DNA of 48,255 nucleotides from an uncultured Candidatus Saccharibacteria bacterium (GTDB taxonomy: Bacteria; Patescibacteriota; Minisyncoccia; Minisyncoccales; UBA1441). The notes under the pieces are model-generated. The model saw nothing but the letters and a program-made list of their open reading frames with translations. It searched no databases and was not told the DNA's origin. The stretch covers positions 1-48,255 of the forward strand of contig CAYLQR010000014.1 of the NCBI GenBank assembly GCA_964386365.1, in the 5' to 3' direction. Shown here piece by piece: positions 1-9,324 of this stretch; positions within the stretch are counted from its first letter, which is position 1; each line of letters opens with the position of its first letter. Both the position numbers and the translations under genes were made by a program.

Positions 1-2648
1 TGGGGAAAAGATATCAACCTATTTATTTAAATCAACCGATTTCTCCAGCTGATTATCAGATAGTTGGGGCTGATTGGGTTTCAATTGAAGAGGGTTCTGG
101 CCTAGTCCATATTGCTCCAGCCTTTGGAGAAGATGACATGGCTTTAGGCAAAAAGCATAAGTTGTCTGTTAAAATTACAGTTGATGAAGAAGGAAAAATT
201 AAAAATGGTTTAGGACTTCCCGGGGAAGGAAAGAAGGTTTGGGAGGCCAACGAAATAATTATTCAGGATTTGGAACAGAAAAAGCTTCTCTGGAAAGAAG
301 AAAAAGTGACTCATAATTATCCTTTCTGCTGGCGTTGCGGCCAACGGTTAATTTACTATCCGCTCAATAATTGGTATATAGCTGTTAAGAAACTGCAGAA
401 AAATCTTCTTGCCAATAACAAAAAAATTTATTGGGTTCCAGCCTATTTGAAGGATGGTCGTTTTGGTCGATGGTTGGAAGAAGTTAGGGACTGGGCTGTT
501 TCCCGTAACCGTTATTGGGGAGCTCCTTTGCCAATCTGGGTTTCATCTTCAGAAACTAAAATTATTGGCTCTCGTCAGGAATTAGGTAAACAGAAGTTCA
601 CTACTAATCGTTACTGGTTGTTGCGGCATCCGGAATCAGAAACTAATCAGGCAGGAATCCTTAGCACTTCTGAGGATAAGTATCCTCTTACTCTCAAAGG
701 AAAAAAGGAATTAGAAAAAGTTTTACCGAAATTAAAGAAACAGAAAATTGATTTGATTTTTGCTTCACCCGTCCGCCGAACTAAAGAAACAGCTGAAATA
801 GTTGGCCAAGCTTTAGGGAAGAAGCCAGTCTACTGTCCGGAATTGAGAGAAAGAGAAATTGGAGTTTTTGAAGAAAAACCAGTTAGTGATTATCGCTCTT
901 TCTTTAAAAATAAATTAGAAAGGGTTACCCATAGTCCTGAAAAAGGAGAAACAGGTTTGGAAACGAAGATGAGAATGTATCGTTTTCTTCAAAAGATTGA
1001 TCGGCAGTATAAAGGGAAAAATATTCTTTTTATTAGTCATCAAGGACCGTTACGTCTTCTTCTAGCGGCTAATCAAGGATTAACTTCTCCGGAAACAGTT
1101 GATGCCTGGCCTTCTTTGACTTTCGGCTTGGCAGAATTAAGAACTCTCGACTTTAAAATTTTCCCTTACAATGAAGAAGGAGAATTGGATTTTCATCGTC
1201 CCTTTATCGATCAAGTTTATTTTCTTTCCCAAAAAGGAGAGAGAATGAAGAGAGTTGAATCAGTTTTTGATTGCTGGTTTGAGTCTGGAGCTATGCCCTA
1301 TGCTCAAAATCATTATCCTTTTGAAAATAAGAAATGGACGGAGAAAAACTTCCCCGCCGATTTTGTTTGCGAATCGATGGATCAAACTCGAGGCTGGTTT
1401 TATACCTTGAATGTTTTAGCCACTGCTTTAACTCAGAAGAATATTGGTTTAGGGAAACATCAACCAGCTTTTAAGAATGTAGTTGTTCCCGGTTTGGTTT
1501 TAAGTTCTTCTGGCCAAAAGCTTTCGAAACATTTGAAAAATTATCCTGATCCTTCTGTTTTAATGGAAAAGTATGGAGCTGATGCCCTTCGTCTTTTCTT
1601 TTTAACTAGCACCTCTTTGGGAAACAATTATTTGGTTTCCGAGGAAAATGTCCAACAGGTTTGGAGGAAGATTATTTCAACTCTTTGGAATTCTTATCAG
1701 TTCTATACTACCTATCAAAGCAAACGATCTTTTTCTTCTCCAGTTTCAAAAAACATTCTTGATCGCTGGATTATTTCCCGGCTTCATCAAGTAAATAGAG
1801 AAGTTGAAGATAAAATGACTAATTATCATTTGGATGAAGCTGCTCAATTATTAGCTGAATTTATAGATGACCTTTCAAATTGGTATATTCGCCATTCTCG
1901 TTCGCGGTTCCAAAGTGATTTTTCTTCAGAAAAGGAACAAGCTTCTTTGACTTTAGCTTTCATCCTTTTCAGGCTAAGTCTCCTCTTGGCTCCTTTCGCT
2001 CCTTTCATCAGCGAGAGGATCTATCAGGGGTTAGCGAAGGAAGAAAATTTTCCTTCTTCAGTTCATTTGAATGATTATCCTTTGGCAGAAAAGAAGGCCA
2101 TTGACTCTTCCTTGATGGAAGAGATGAAAAAAACGAAAGTAATTATTAGTTTGGGCCTTCGTCTTCGGGCAACAGCTGGGATTAAAGTTAGACAGCCTTT
2201 GGCTGAATTAAGAATTGCCGGTCAGTTTGAATTAGATCGACAATTAATAGCTCTGATTAAAGAAGCCTTGAATGTCAAAGAAGTTAATTGGGTCAAGGAA
2301 ATAAAGCCAGAAGATAGTTGGGCTGTTTACCAAGAAGGAGAAATTTCCCTTGGTTTAAAGACGGAAATGACTCCTTCTTTGGAAAAAGAAGGATGGGCAA
2401 GAGAAATTAGCCGAGCTCTTCAGACTATGAGGAAAGATCTTTCCCTCAAACCTAGGCAAATAATTGATATCTATTATCAGGCTGATTCTCCCTTGGAGAG
2501 CTTTATCGAACAAAAAAGAGCTTTCTTTTTAGAAAAAAACCGAGCTGCTAAATTAGAAAAAGGAAATCGACAAAGAAATTATGCTGCTCAGAAAGAGTTA
2601 AAGATTGGTAATTATTCTCTTTGGTTGGCTATTAATTCGAAGAAATAA
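1..2648 (+). CDS. ileS: Isoleucyl-tRNA synthetase, 5'-truncated by the window edge, with an inserted histidine-phosphatase-like domain
   Basis: The frame is open from nt 3 (..GSGLVHIAPAFGEDD..). IleRS blocks seen: RDWAVSRNRYWGAPLPIW, DFHRPFIDQV, FESGAMPYAQ, DQTRGWFYTL, and KLSKH in the KMSKS position (nt 1518-1532). About 196 aa of non-IleRS sequence lie at nt 600-1187. Confidence 0.9.
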   Translation, partial: GKRYQPIYLNQPISPADYQIVGADWVSIEEGSGLVHIAPAFGEDDMALGKKHKLSVKITVDEEGKIKNGLGLPGEGKKVWEANEIIIQDLEQKKLLWKEEKVTHNYPFCWRCGQRLIYYPLNNWYIAVKKLQKNLLANNKKIYWVPAYLKDGRFGRWLEEVRDWAVSRNRYWGAPLPIWVSSSETKIIGSRQELGKQKFTTNRYWLLRHPESETNQAGILSTSEDKYPLTLKGKKELEKVLPKLKKQKIDLIFASPVRRTKETAEIVGQALGKKPVYCPELREREIGVFEEKPVSDYRSFFKNKLERVTHSPEKGETGLETKMRMYRFLQKIDRQYKGKNILFISHQGPLRLLLAANQGLTSPETVDAWPSLTFGLAELRTLDFKIFPYNEEGELDFHRPFIDQVYFLSQKGERMKRVESVFDCWFESGAMPYAQNHYPFENKKWTEKNFPADFVCESMDQTRGWFYTLNVLATALTQKNIGLGKHQPAFKNVVVPGLVLSSSGQKLSKHLKNYPDPSVLMEKYGADALRLFFLTSTSLGNNYLVSEENVQQVWRKIISTLWNSYQFYTTYQSKRSFSSPVSKNILDRWIISRLHQVNREVEDKMTNYHLDEAAQLLAEFIDDLSNWYIRHSRSRFQSDFSSEKEQASLTLAFILFRLSLLLAPFAPFISERIYQGLAKEENFPSSVHLNDYPLAEKKAIDSSLMEEMKKTKVIISLGLRLRATAGIKVRQPLAELRIAGQFELDRQLIALIKEALNVKEVNWVKEIKPEDSWAVYQEGEISLGLKTEMTPSLEKEGWAREISRALQTMRKDLSLKPRQIIDIYYQADSPLESFIEQKRAFFLEKNRAAKLEKGNRQRNYAAQKELKIGNYSLWLAINSKK

Positions 2649-3355
2649 TGTGGGCTAAAGAGTCAGATGAAGCTTTAGTCTTAGAAGGAGAAGAGAGAGG
2701 AGAAGCTGATCGCCTCTTTACTGTTTTAGCGAGAAGGGAAGGAAAGCTTTTGCTTTTGGCAAAAGGAGAAAGAAAAGCCCTTTCTAAATTACGAAGAGGA
2801 ATTGATCTTTTTTATTACACTAGAGTGACTTTTGTGAGAACCTCGATCAGAGAAACTCTAACCGAAGTAGATTTGATTAAGAACTTTTCTTCTTTCCACC
2901 AAGATTGGCGGAAATTTAGAGTAGCTGACTGGATGGGCCAATTGGCAAATCTGACTCTTCCCAAGGGGGTTCCGGAAGAAGAAATTTTTTTTCTTCTTCT
3001 GAATAGTTGGAAAGATTTAGAAAAAGCAGAAAAATATTATCAGCGTTTCTATTATTATTTTCTTTGGCAATTGTTAAAAAAACTTGGTTATCAGCCAGAA
3101 ATCTCTTCTAGTTCTCTTTTTTTCTCGGTTCAAGAAGGAGGATTTCTAACAGAGAAAGAAAAAACAAATGAATCTTTCCTTTTGAATCCCTCGGTCCACT
3201 ATTGGTTAAAAAATATTCTTCAAGAGGAAAAAGATAAGTTTTATCAAGCTTCAATTTCTGCTAAAACAGAAAAAGATTTGAAAAAAATTTCTCAACTTTA
3301 TCTTCAGTCCCTCGGTTGGGAAAAAGATGGTCGGGGGCTTTGTTTTGAGTTATAA
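2648..3355 (+). CDS. recO: DNA repair protein RecO-like
   Basis: The N-terminus matches the RecO OB-fold pattern (ALVLEGEERGEADRLFTVLARREGKLLLLAKGERKALSKLR). Size is typical. The start overlaps the ileS stop (TAATG). Confidence 0.6.
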   Translation: MWAKESDEALVLEGEERGEADRLFTVLARREGKLLLLAKGERKALSKLRRGIDLFYYTRVTFVRTSIRETLTEVDLIKNFSSFHQDWRKFRVADWMGQLANLTLPKGVPEEEIFFLLLNSWKDLEKAEKYYQRFYYYFLWQLLKKLGYQPEISSSSLFFSVQEGGFLTEKEKTNESFLLNPSVHYWLKNILQEEKDKFYQASISAKTEKDLKKISQLYLQSLGWEKDGRGLCFEL

Positions 3356-3383
3356 TAAAAATATTATTTAAGAAGGCCTATTT

Positions 3384-5012
3384 ATGCACAAATTAGATAA
3401 ATTACTTTTGATTATTCTTTTTCTTCTCCTCTTGGGAGGAATAGCTGGCTGGTGGTATTACCAAAGGAACCAAAGTTCTAAAGGGGATTTAATTTTAAAT
3501 CTTCTTGGTCCCAATTCAGCTTCAGCTGGTCAGGAGGTGGAATACACTTTGCGTTGCCGTAATCAAGGTTCAGCAACAATTGTTCAAGCGGAGCTCTTCT
3601 TCAATTTTCCTGAACATTCTCAGCCGATCGAGCCGTCTGAAGCTAGTTTTCGTCAGGAAATTGAAAGTATTTACCCTGGCCAGGAAAAAGTTCTTACTTT
3701 TCGGGCTCGACTCTTTGGTCAAGTGGAAGAGGTAGAAACTGCCCAGGCTAAAGTCAGCTATCGCTTGAAAGGGCTAAAGGCTTATTATAATTCAGAGACT
3801 CAATTAGCAACGGTTATTGATAACATTCCTTTAACTTTTGAATTTGATCTTTCTAATTCTGTTCCTCCTCAGGAAGAATTTGAATTCTTAATTAATTATG
3901 CTTCTTACTTTGATCAACCCATCTCAAATCTAGTTATTAAATTGGAAACTCCTCCCAACTTCCAATTTATTTCCAGCCAGCCAGAAAGCATTGAAGAAGA
4001 AAGATGGGAAATTCCAACTTTATTGAAAAGAGAGGGAGGTCAGATTAAAGTTCGAGGGAAGATGGTGAAAGAAAGCGGTCAATCAGAAATCTTCCGGGCT
4101 TCTTTAGGAGTTTGGACACAAGAGCAATTTGTTAAATTGAAAGAAATTGCCCAAACAGTTGCCACTGCCCAAACGCCAGTTTATCTTTCTCAACAAATTA
4201 ATAATCGTTTAGACTATGTTGCCTCTCCCGGAGATCTTCTCCATTATGAGATTTTCTTCCGTAATGTTAGTGATTATCCTTTAGAAAAACAGCTATTATT
4301 AATTAAATTAGATGGTTCTCAATTTGATTTAGACACTCTCCGGACAACAGACGGACTTTATCAAGAAGGAGATAATTCTTTGCTTTGGGATTGGAAAAGC
4401 AATTCCGCTCTCCGCTTTCTTGATAAACGAGAAGAAGGGTCGGTAGAGTTCTGGGTCAATTTGAAAAAAGATTGGCCAGTTACCAGCCAATCGCCAGAAA
4501 TTTACAATGTAGTAGAAATTGGTCAAATTCAAAGAGTTTTCCCTTTGAAAGTCAATAGTCGTTTGGACTTGGTTCAGAAAGCCTATCATCAAGACGAATT
4601 TTTTAATGATAAAGGACCGTTTCCTTTCCAAGTTGGAAAGACAACTACCTATACTATCTTTTGGCAGGTTTCTAACTTCTGCAATTTGGTAGAAGAGGTA
4701 AAAGTAGAGACTACTCTTCCCGATGGAGCTTGGTTCAATAATCAAGCTTTCCCAGAGGATGAATTAGATAATTTAAGCTACAATAGCGCTAGCGATCTTC
4801 TCGTTTGGGAGGTTGGTCAATTAGAGCCGGAACAGCAAGCAACTCTTGCTTTTCAGCTTTCTTTTACTCCGCAAGGAGAAAGTGACACTGAACAGCCTTT
4901 GATCGAAGAAGCGACTGTTTTTGGAAAAGATCAATGGACTGAGAAAATCATTGAAGCGGTTGCCCCAATGGTTGAAAAAATTAGTCAATTAGAAAAAGAT
5001 TCAGGAGAATAA
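3384..5012 (+). CDS. Membrane-anchored extracytoplasmic protein with repeated Ig-like (DUF11/CARDB-type) modules, function unknown
   Basis: One N-terminal TM helix (LLLIILFLLLLGGIAGWWYY). Repeated segments of the type GQEVEYTLRCRNQGSATI.. and GDLLHYEIFFRNVSDYPL.. follow. Confidence 0.5.
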   Translation: MHKLDKLLLIILFLLLLGGIAGWWYYQRNQSSKGDLILNLLGPNSASAGQEVEYTLRCRNQGSATIVQAELFFNFPEHSQPIEPSEASFRQEIESIYPGQEKVLTFRARLFGQVEEVETAQAKVSYRLKGLKAYYNSETQLATVIDNIPLTFEFDLSNSVPPQEEFEFLINYASYFDQPISNLVIKLETPPNFQFISSQPESIEEERWEIPTLLKREGGQIKVRGKMVKESGQSEIFRASLGVWTQEQFVKLKEIAQTVATAQTPVYLSQQINNRLDYVASPGDLLHYEIFFRNVSDYPLEKQLLLIKLDGSQFDLDTLRTTDGLYQEGDNSLLWDWKSNSALRFLDKREEGSVEFWVNLKKDWPVTSQSPEIYNVVEIGQIQRVFPLKVNSRLDLVQKAYHQDEFFNDKGPFPFQVGKTTTYTIFWQVSNFCNLVEEVKVETTLPDGAWFNNQAFPEDELDNLSYNSASDLLVWEVGQLEPEQQATLAFQLSFTPQGESDTEQPLIEEATVFGKDQWTEKIIEAVAPMVEKISQLEKDSGE

Positions 5013-5014
5013 AA

Positions 5015-6331
5015 ATGGAAGATTTAATGGAAAAAATTGTTTCTTTGGCTAAAAGGAGAGGTTTTGTTTTCCCCAATTCTGAAATTTATGGAGGATTTAA
5101 TGCTGGCTATGATTTTGGTCCTTTGGGAACAGCGGTAGAAAAAAATATTCGGGCTGAATGGAGAAAGGCAATCGTTTCTTCTCAACCATCGGTGGTTGAG
5201 ATAAATACTCCAGTTGTTGTTCACCCTCGAGTCTGGGAAGCCTCTGGCCACCTAGGTCACTTTTCTGATCAATTAGTAGAATGTAAAAAATGTCATCATC
5301 GTTTTAAGGAAGAAGAAATCAAAGAAGGAAAATGTCCGCTTTGTGGAGGAGAATTAACTTCTCCTCGGACTTTTCATCTAATGATGAAAAGCTTCCTTGG
5401 CCCGGTAGAAGATGAACAATCAACGGTCTATTTAAGACCGGAAACTTGCCAAGGAATTTTCTTGAATTTTAAAAACGTTCTGCAATCTCAAAGGATGAAT
5501 CTTCCTTTTGGAATTGCTCAATTGGGAAAAGCTTTCCGAAATGAAATCAATCCGAAGAATTTTATTTTCCGAACTCGAGAATTTGAGCAAATGGAAATGG
5601 AATGGTTTTGCCAAAAAGAAGAAGCCGAAAAATGGTTTGACTATTGGAGAGAGCAAAGGCTGGCTTGGTATAAAAAGCTAGGAATTAAATCAGAGAATAT
5701 AAGAGTTCGAGAAACACCAACTAAAGAGCTGGCTCATTATGCTAAAAAAGCAGCTGATATTGAATATCATTTTCCTTTTGGTTGGCAAGAAATAGAGGGA
5801 ATCCACTATCGGGGAAATTATGATCTTCAAAATCATATGGAAAAGAGCGGAGAGAAATTAATCTATCGTCATCCAGAGACAAAGGAAGAAATTGTTCCTC
5901 AGGTAGTGGAAGTTTCCGCCGGACTAGAAAGAACTTTCTTAGCTTTTTTAGTTGAAGCTTATGAAGAAATAGAAGGGGGTCGAGGGAAAGCCTCTCGTCA
6001 AGAGGAAGAAGTTATTCTTCATCTTTCTCCCCGTTTAGCTCCTTTCAAAGCGGCCGTTTTCCCCCTCTTGGGCCGGAAAAAGGAATTGGAGGAGAAAAGC
6101 CGAGAAGTTTTCCAGTCTCTCCTTAATGATTTTTCAGTTATTTATGATGCTGGAGGTTCAATTGGCCGGCGTTATCGCCGTCAAGATGAAATCGGAACGC
6201 CTTTAGCAATTACGATTGATTTTCAGAGCTTAGAAGATGAAACAGTCACTTGCCGAAATAGGGAATCAATGAAACAGGTTCGGGTTCCGATTACTCAACT
6301 CCCAACAGTTATTAATCAATTGATTGCTTAA
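5015..6331 (+). CDS. glyQS: Glycyl-tRNA synthetase (dimeric class II type)
   Basis: KRRGFVFPNSEIYGG..YDFGPLG, LRPETCQGIF, FRNEI.PKNFIFRTREFEQME, and a C-terminal anticodon-binding region GRRYRRQDEIGTP. Confidence 0.9.
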   Translation: MEDLMEKIVSLAKRRGFVFPNSEIYGGFNAGYDFGPLGTAVEKNIRAEWRKAIVSSQPSVVEINTPVVVHPRVWEASGHLGHFSDQLVECKKCHHRFKEEEIKEGKCPLCGGELTSPRTFHLMMKSFLGPVEDEQSTVYLRPETCQGIFLNFKNVLQSQRMNLPFGIAQLGKAFRNEINPKNFIFRTREFEQMEMEWFCQKEEAEKWFDYWREQRLAWYKKLGIKSENIRVRETPTKELAHYAKKAADIEYHFPFGWQEIEGIHYRGNYDLQNHMEKSGEKLIYRHPETKEEIVPQVVEVSAGLERTFLAFLVEAYEEIEGGRGKASRQEEEVILHLSPRLAPFKAAVFPLLGRKKELEEKSREVFQSLLNDFSVIYDAGGSIGRRYRRQDEIGTPLAITIDFQSLEDETVTCRNRESMKQVRVPITQLPTVINQLIA

Positions 6332-6332
6332 A

Positions 6333-7595
6333 ATGGAAAAAATTATTCTTTCTAATGGATTAAGGTTGCTTTTAGTGCCTCAAAAAGAATCTCCAACCGT
6401 AACGGCTTTGATTTTAGTCGGAGCCGGTTCGAAGTATGAAACAAAAGAAATAAATGGTCTTTCTCATTTCTTAGAACATATGCTTTTTAAGGGAACGGAA
6501 AAGAGACCGACTCCCCTAGAAATTGCTTTGACTCTTGACCAAGTCGGAGGCAGCTATAATGCTTTCACTGGTCAAGAATACACCGGCTATTTTGCTAAAG
6601 TCCAAGCGAAGCATTTTCCTTTAGCTCTTGATTGGGTGAGTGATATTTTCCTTCATCCTCTTTTGCCAGCCGAGGCTCTTGAAAGAGAAAAGGGAGTTAT
6701 CTTAGAAGAGAGAAATATGTATCTTGATACTCCTTCTCAATACATTGGAGAAGTTTGGGAAAAATTACTTTATGGTGACCAGCCAGCTGGTTGGGAAATT
6801 ATTGGCCGAGAAGAAGTTATTCGGGGAGCGAATAGGGAAAAGCTAGCCGCTTACTTTCAGAGTCATTATTCTTCTCAAAATACAGTTTTGGCTTTGGCTG
6901 GCCAATTGGGAGATAAAGAAAAAATTCAGGCTGAAGTAGAAAAGATTTTTAAAGAGATGAACCAAAAGGCTCCAGCTGAAAAACTTCCGGTTAAAGAAGA
7001 ACAAGATAAACCTCAAAGTTTAATTCATTTTAAAAAGACTGACCAAAGTCATCTAGCGATAGGAGTTCGTGGTTATGACAATAAAGACGAAAGACAATGG
7101 ACTCAAGCAGTTTTGTCTACGATTTTAGGAGGAAATATGAGCTCCCGTCTTTTTACCGTTGTTCGGGAGAAAAACGGCCTAGCTTATTATGTTCGAACTT
7201 CTTCTAGAAATTATACTGACAGTGGTTATTTGACAACTCAGGCTGGCATTGCTAATCAAAAAGTAGAGAAAGCCATTCAACTAATCTTGGCGGAATACAA
7301 GAAAGTACTTCAGGGGGATGTTTCTGAAGCAGAGGTGAAAAAAGGAAAAGAATATTTGAAAGGATCTTTGGCCTTATCTTTAGAGACATCTGACGGTTTA
7401 GCTGTTTTTTATGCTCAGCAAGAATTAATAGAGCCAACAGTCTTGAGTCCTGAAGAAATAGTGAAAAAGATTGACGAAGTGACTTTAGAGAAGGTTAATC
7501 AAGTAGCCCAGGATTTATTTAAACCAGAAAAGCTTAATCTAGCTTTGATTGGCCCCTACCATCAAGGAGATTTTAGTGGTATTCTTGAATTATAA
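6333..7595 (+). CDS. M16-family zinc peptidase (insulinase-like)
   Basis: HxxEH zinc motif in GLSHFLEHMLFKGT and an M16-like overall layout. The ATG at 6333 is preferred over the TTG at 6324, which overlaps the glyQS stop. Confidence 0.85.
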   Translation: MEKIILSNGLRLLLVPQKESPTVTALILVGAGSKYETKEINGLSHFLEHMLFKGTEKRPTPLEIALTLDQVGGSYNAFTGQEYTGYFAKVQAKHFPLALDWVSDIFLHPLLPAEALEREKGVILEERNMYLDTPSQYIGEVWEKLLYGDQPAGWEIIGREEVIRGANREKLAAYFQSHYSSQNTVLALAGQLGDKEKIQAEVEKIFKEMNQKAPAEKLPVKEEQDKPQSLIHFKKTDQSHLAIGVRGYDNKDERQWTQAVLSTILGGNMSSRLFTVVREKNGLAYYVRTSSRNYTDSGYLTTQAGIANQKVEKAIQLILAEYKKVLQGDVSEAEVKKGKEYLKGSLALSLETSDGLAVFYAQQELIEPTVLSPEEIVKKIDEVTLEKVNQVAQDLFKPEKLNLALIGPYHQGDFSGILEL

Positions 7596-7597
7596 TT

Positions 7598-8638
7598 ATG
7601 GAAGGAAATTACTTAGATATTTCTTGGAAGGCTATCTTAAAGGTTGCTTTTACAGTTGCCCTTTGTTACCTTCTTTTCTTGGTTCGCCAAATTATTATTT
7701 GGTTTGTTTTTGCTTTAATTATTTCAATTCTTCTTCGATCAGTTATTGATTTTTTCCGACACTGGCGGCTTCCTCATTGGCTAGCCGTCCTCACGACTTA
7801 TCTTTTAATTTTTGGAATTCTTGGGGGAGTTATCTATTTAAGTCTGCCAGTGATTATTAAAGAAGTTCACCAGTTGATTGTTTCCTTGCCAACCTATCTT
7901 CCGGAGTTTAAAGCTTTTCTGGGTAATTTAGGAATCGAGATTCCTTTTTCTTCTTTCCAAGAGATATCAACCCGTCTTCTCCAACAAGCCCCGGGTGATA
8001 TTCTCCAGGCTTTGGGAGTGTTTTTTGGCGGTTTAGTTTCAACTTTCTTTGTTTTAACAATGGCCGTTTTCCTTTCTTTTCAGAAGCAAGGCTTTGGAGA
8101 AATTTTGGCTTTTCTTTCAGCTAAGCGTTATCAAAAAAGAATTTTGAAAGCTTGGAAAAGAAGTCGGAAAGAAGTCAGTTCTTGGTTCTGGATGAGAATT
8201 ATTGGGATTGCTTTTATTGCTGTTACTTATTTCTTAACTTATCAGCTTTTTAATATTGAAGGAGCTTTAATGTTGGGGGTTCTATCTGGTCTCCTTGATT
8301 TTATCCCTTACTTTGGGCCTTTAATTGGGGCCCTTTTGGGAGGAATCTTTGCTGGAGTTCAGGTCTCTTGGGTTTTGGGAGGAGTAATAATTATAATCCT
8401 TTTCGCTTTGCAGAATATTGAAAGCCATATTCTTTCTCCTTTGGTAGGAAAGAAGCTAATTGGACTTCCTCCTTATTTAATTCTTTTGGCGATTACTTTG
8501 GGAGCTCAACTTTTTGGCTTCTTAGGGACCATTTTAGCTATTCCGGTGGTAGCTATAATTTATCGCTTCATTATTGATTTTAAGATGGGGGAATACGAAA
8601 GAGAAAGGACAGAAGAAAGGAGAATCCCCTTGGAATAA
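7598..8638 (+). CDS. AI-2E family transporter (PerM/UPF0118-like permease)
   Basis: Polytopic membrane protein with the typical LDFIPYFGPLIGALLGG segment. Confidence 0.8.
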   Translation: MEGNYLDISWKAILKVAFTVALCYLLFLVRQIIIWFVFALIISILLRSVIDFFRHWRLPHWLAVLTTYLLIFGILGGVIYLSLPVIIKEVHQLIVSLPTYLPEFKAFLGNLGIEIPFSSFQEISTRLLQQAPGDILQALGVFFGGLVSTFFVLTMAVFLSFQKQGFGEILAFLSAKRYQKRILKAWKRSRKEVSSWFWMRIIGIAFIAVTYFLTYQLFNIEGALMLGVLSGLLDFIPYFGPLIGALLGGIFAGVQVSWVLGGVIIIILFALQNIESHILSPLVGKKLIGLPPYLILLAITLGAQLFGFLGTILAIPVVAIIYRFIIDFKMGEYERERTEERRIPLE

Positions 8639-8640
8639 TT

Positions 8641-9324
8641 ATGTCAGAAGGAATCCTCTATCTTATCGCTGGGCCGATTGGAAACCTAGAGGACTTTACT
8701 TTTCGAGCAAAAAGGATTTTAGAAGAAGTTGATTTTGTTTTAGCTGAACATCCTCGACATCTTCAGCGACTGCTTTCCTTTTATCAATTGAAGACGCCCC
8801 TTCTTTCTTATCATCAGCATACTTCTGCTTCTCAAAAGGAGAAAATTGCTGATTTATTAAAGGAAGGAAAGAATTTGGCTTTGATGACTGATGCTGGAAC
8901 TCCCGGCTTGGCTGACCCAGGAAATGAATTGATTAGCGAGTTAAAAGAAAAAATCCCTTCTTTAAAAATTATTCCTTTGCCAGGAGCTAGTGCTTTAACA
9001 ACAGCTATTAGCTGTTGCGGTTTTAAAATGGGGAAGTTTCTTTTTCTGGGCTTTCTTCCAAAAAAGAAAAGAAAAGTTTTTTTGGAGAAAATTGCTTTTT
9101 TCTCCTGGCCGGTTGTTTTTTACGAATCTCCTTACCGTCTTTTGAAAACACTAGAAGAAATATTTCAGCTTAAGCCAGATTTAGAAATTTTTATTGGTCG
9201 AGAATTGACAAAGAAATTTGAAACTCTTTATAGAGGAAAAATTGAAGCAGTTGTCTCTTCTCTTAAAAAAGGTAAGATAAAAGGAGAATTAGTAGTGATT
9301 GTCAATCACGATGGAAAAAAATAG
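8641..9324 (+). CDS. rsmI: 16S rRNA (cytidine1402-2'-O)-methyltransferase
   Basis: N-terminus LYLIAGPIGNLEDFTFRAKRILEEVDFVLAE, then DAGTPGLADPG and FYESPYRL motifs. Confidence 0.85.
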   Translation: MSEGILYLIAGPIGNLEDFTFRAKRILEEVDFVLAEHPRHLQRLLSFYQLKTPLLSYHQHTSASQKEKIADLLKEGKNLALMTDAGTPGLADPGNELISELKEKIPSLKIIPLPGASALTTAISCCGFKMGKFLFLGFLPKKKRKVFLEKIAFFSWPVVFYESPYRLLKTLEEIFQLKPDLEIFIGRELTKKFETLYRGKIEAVVSSLKKGKIKGELVVIVNHDGKK

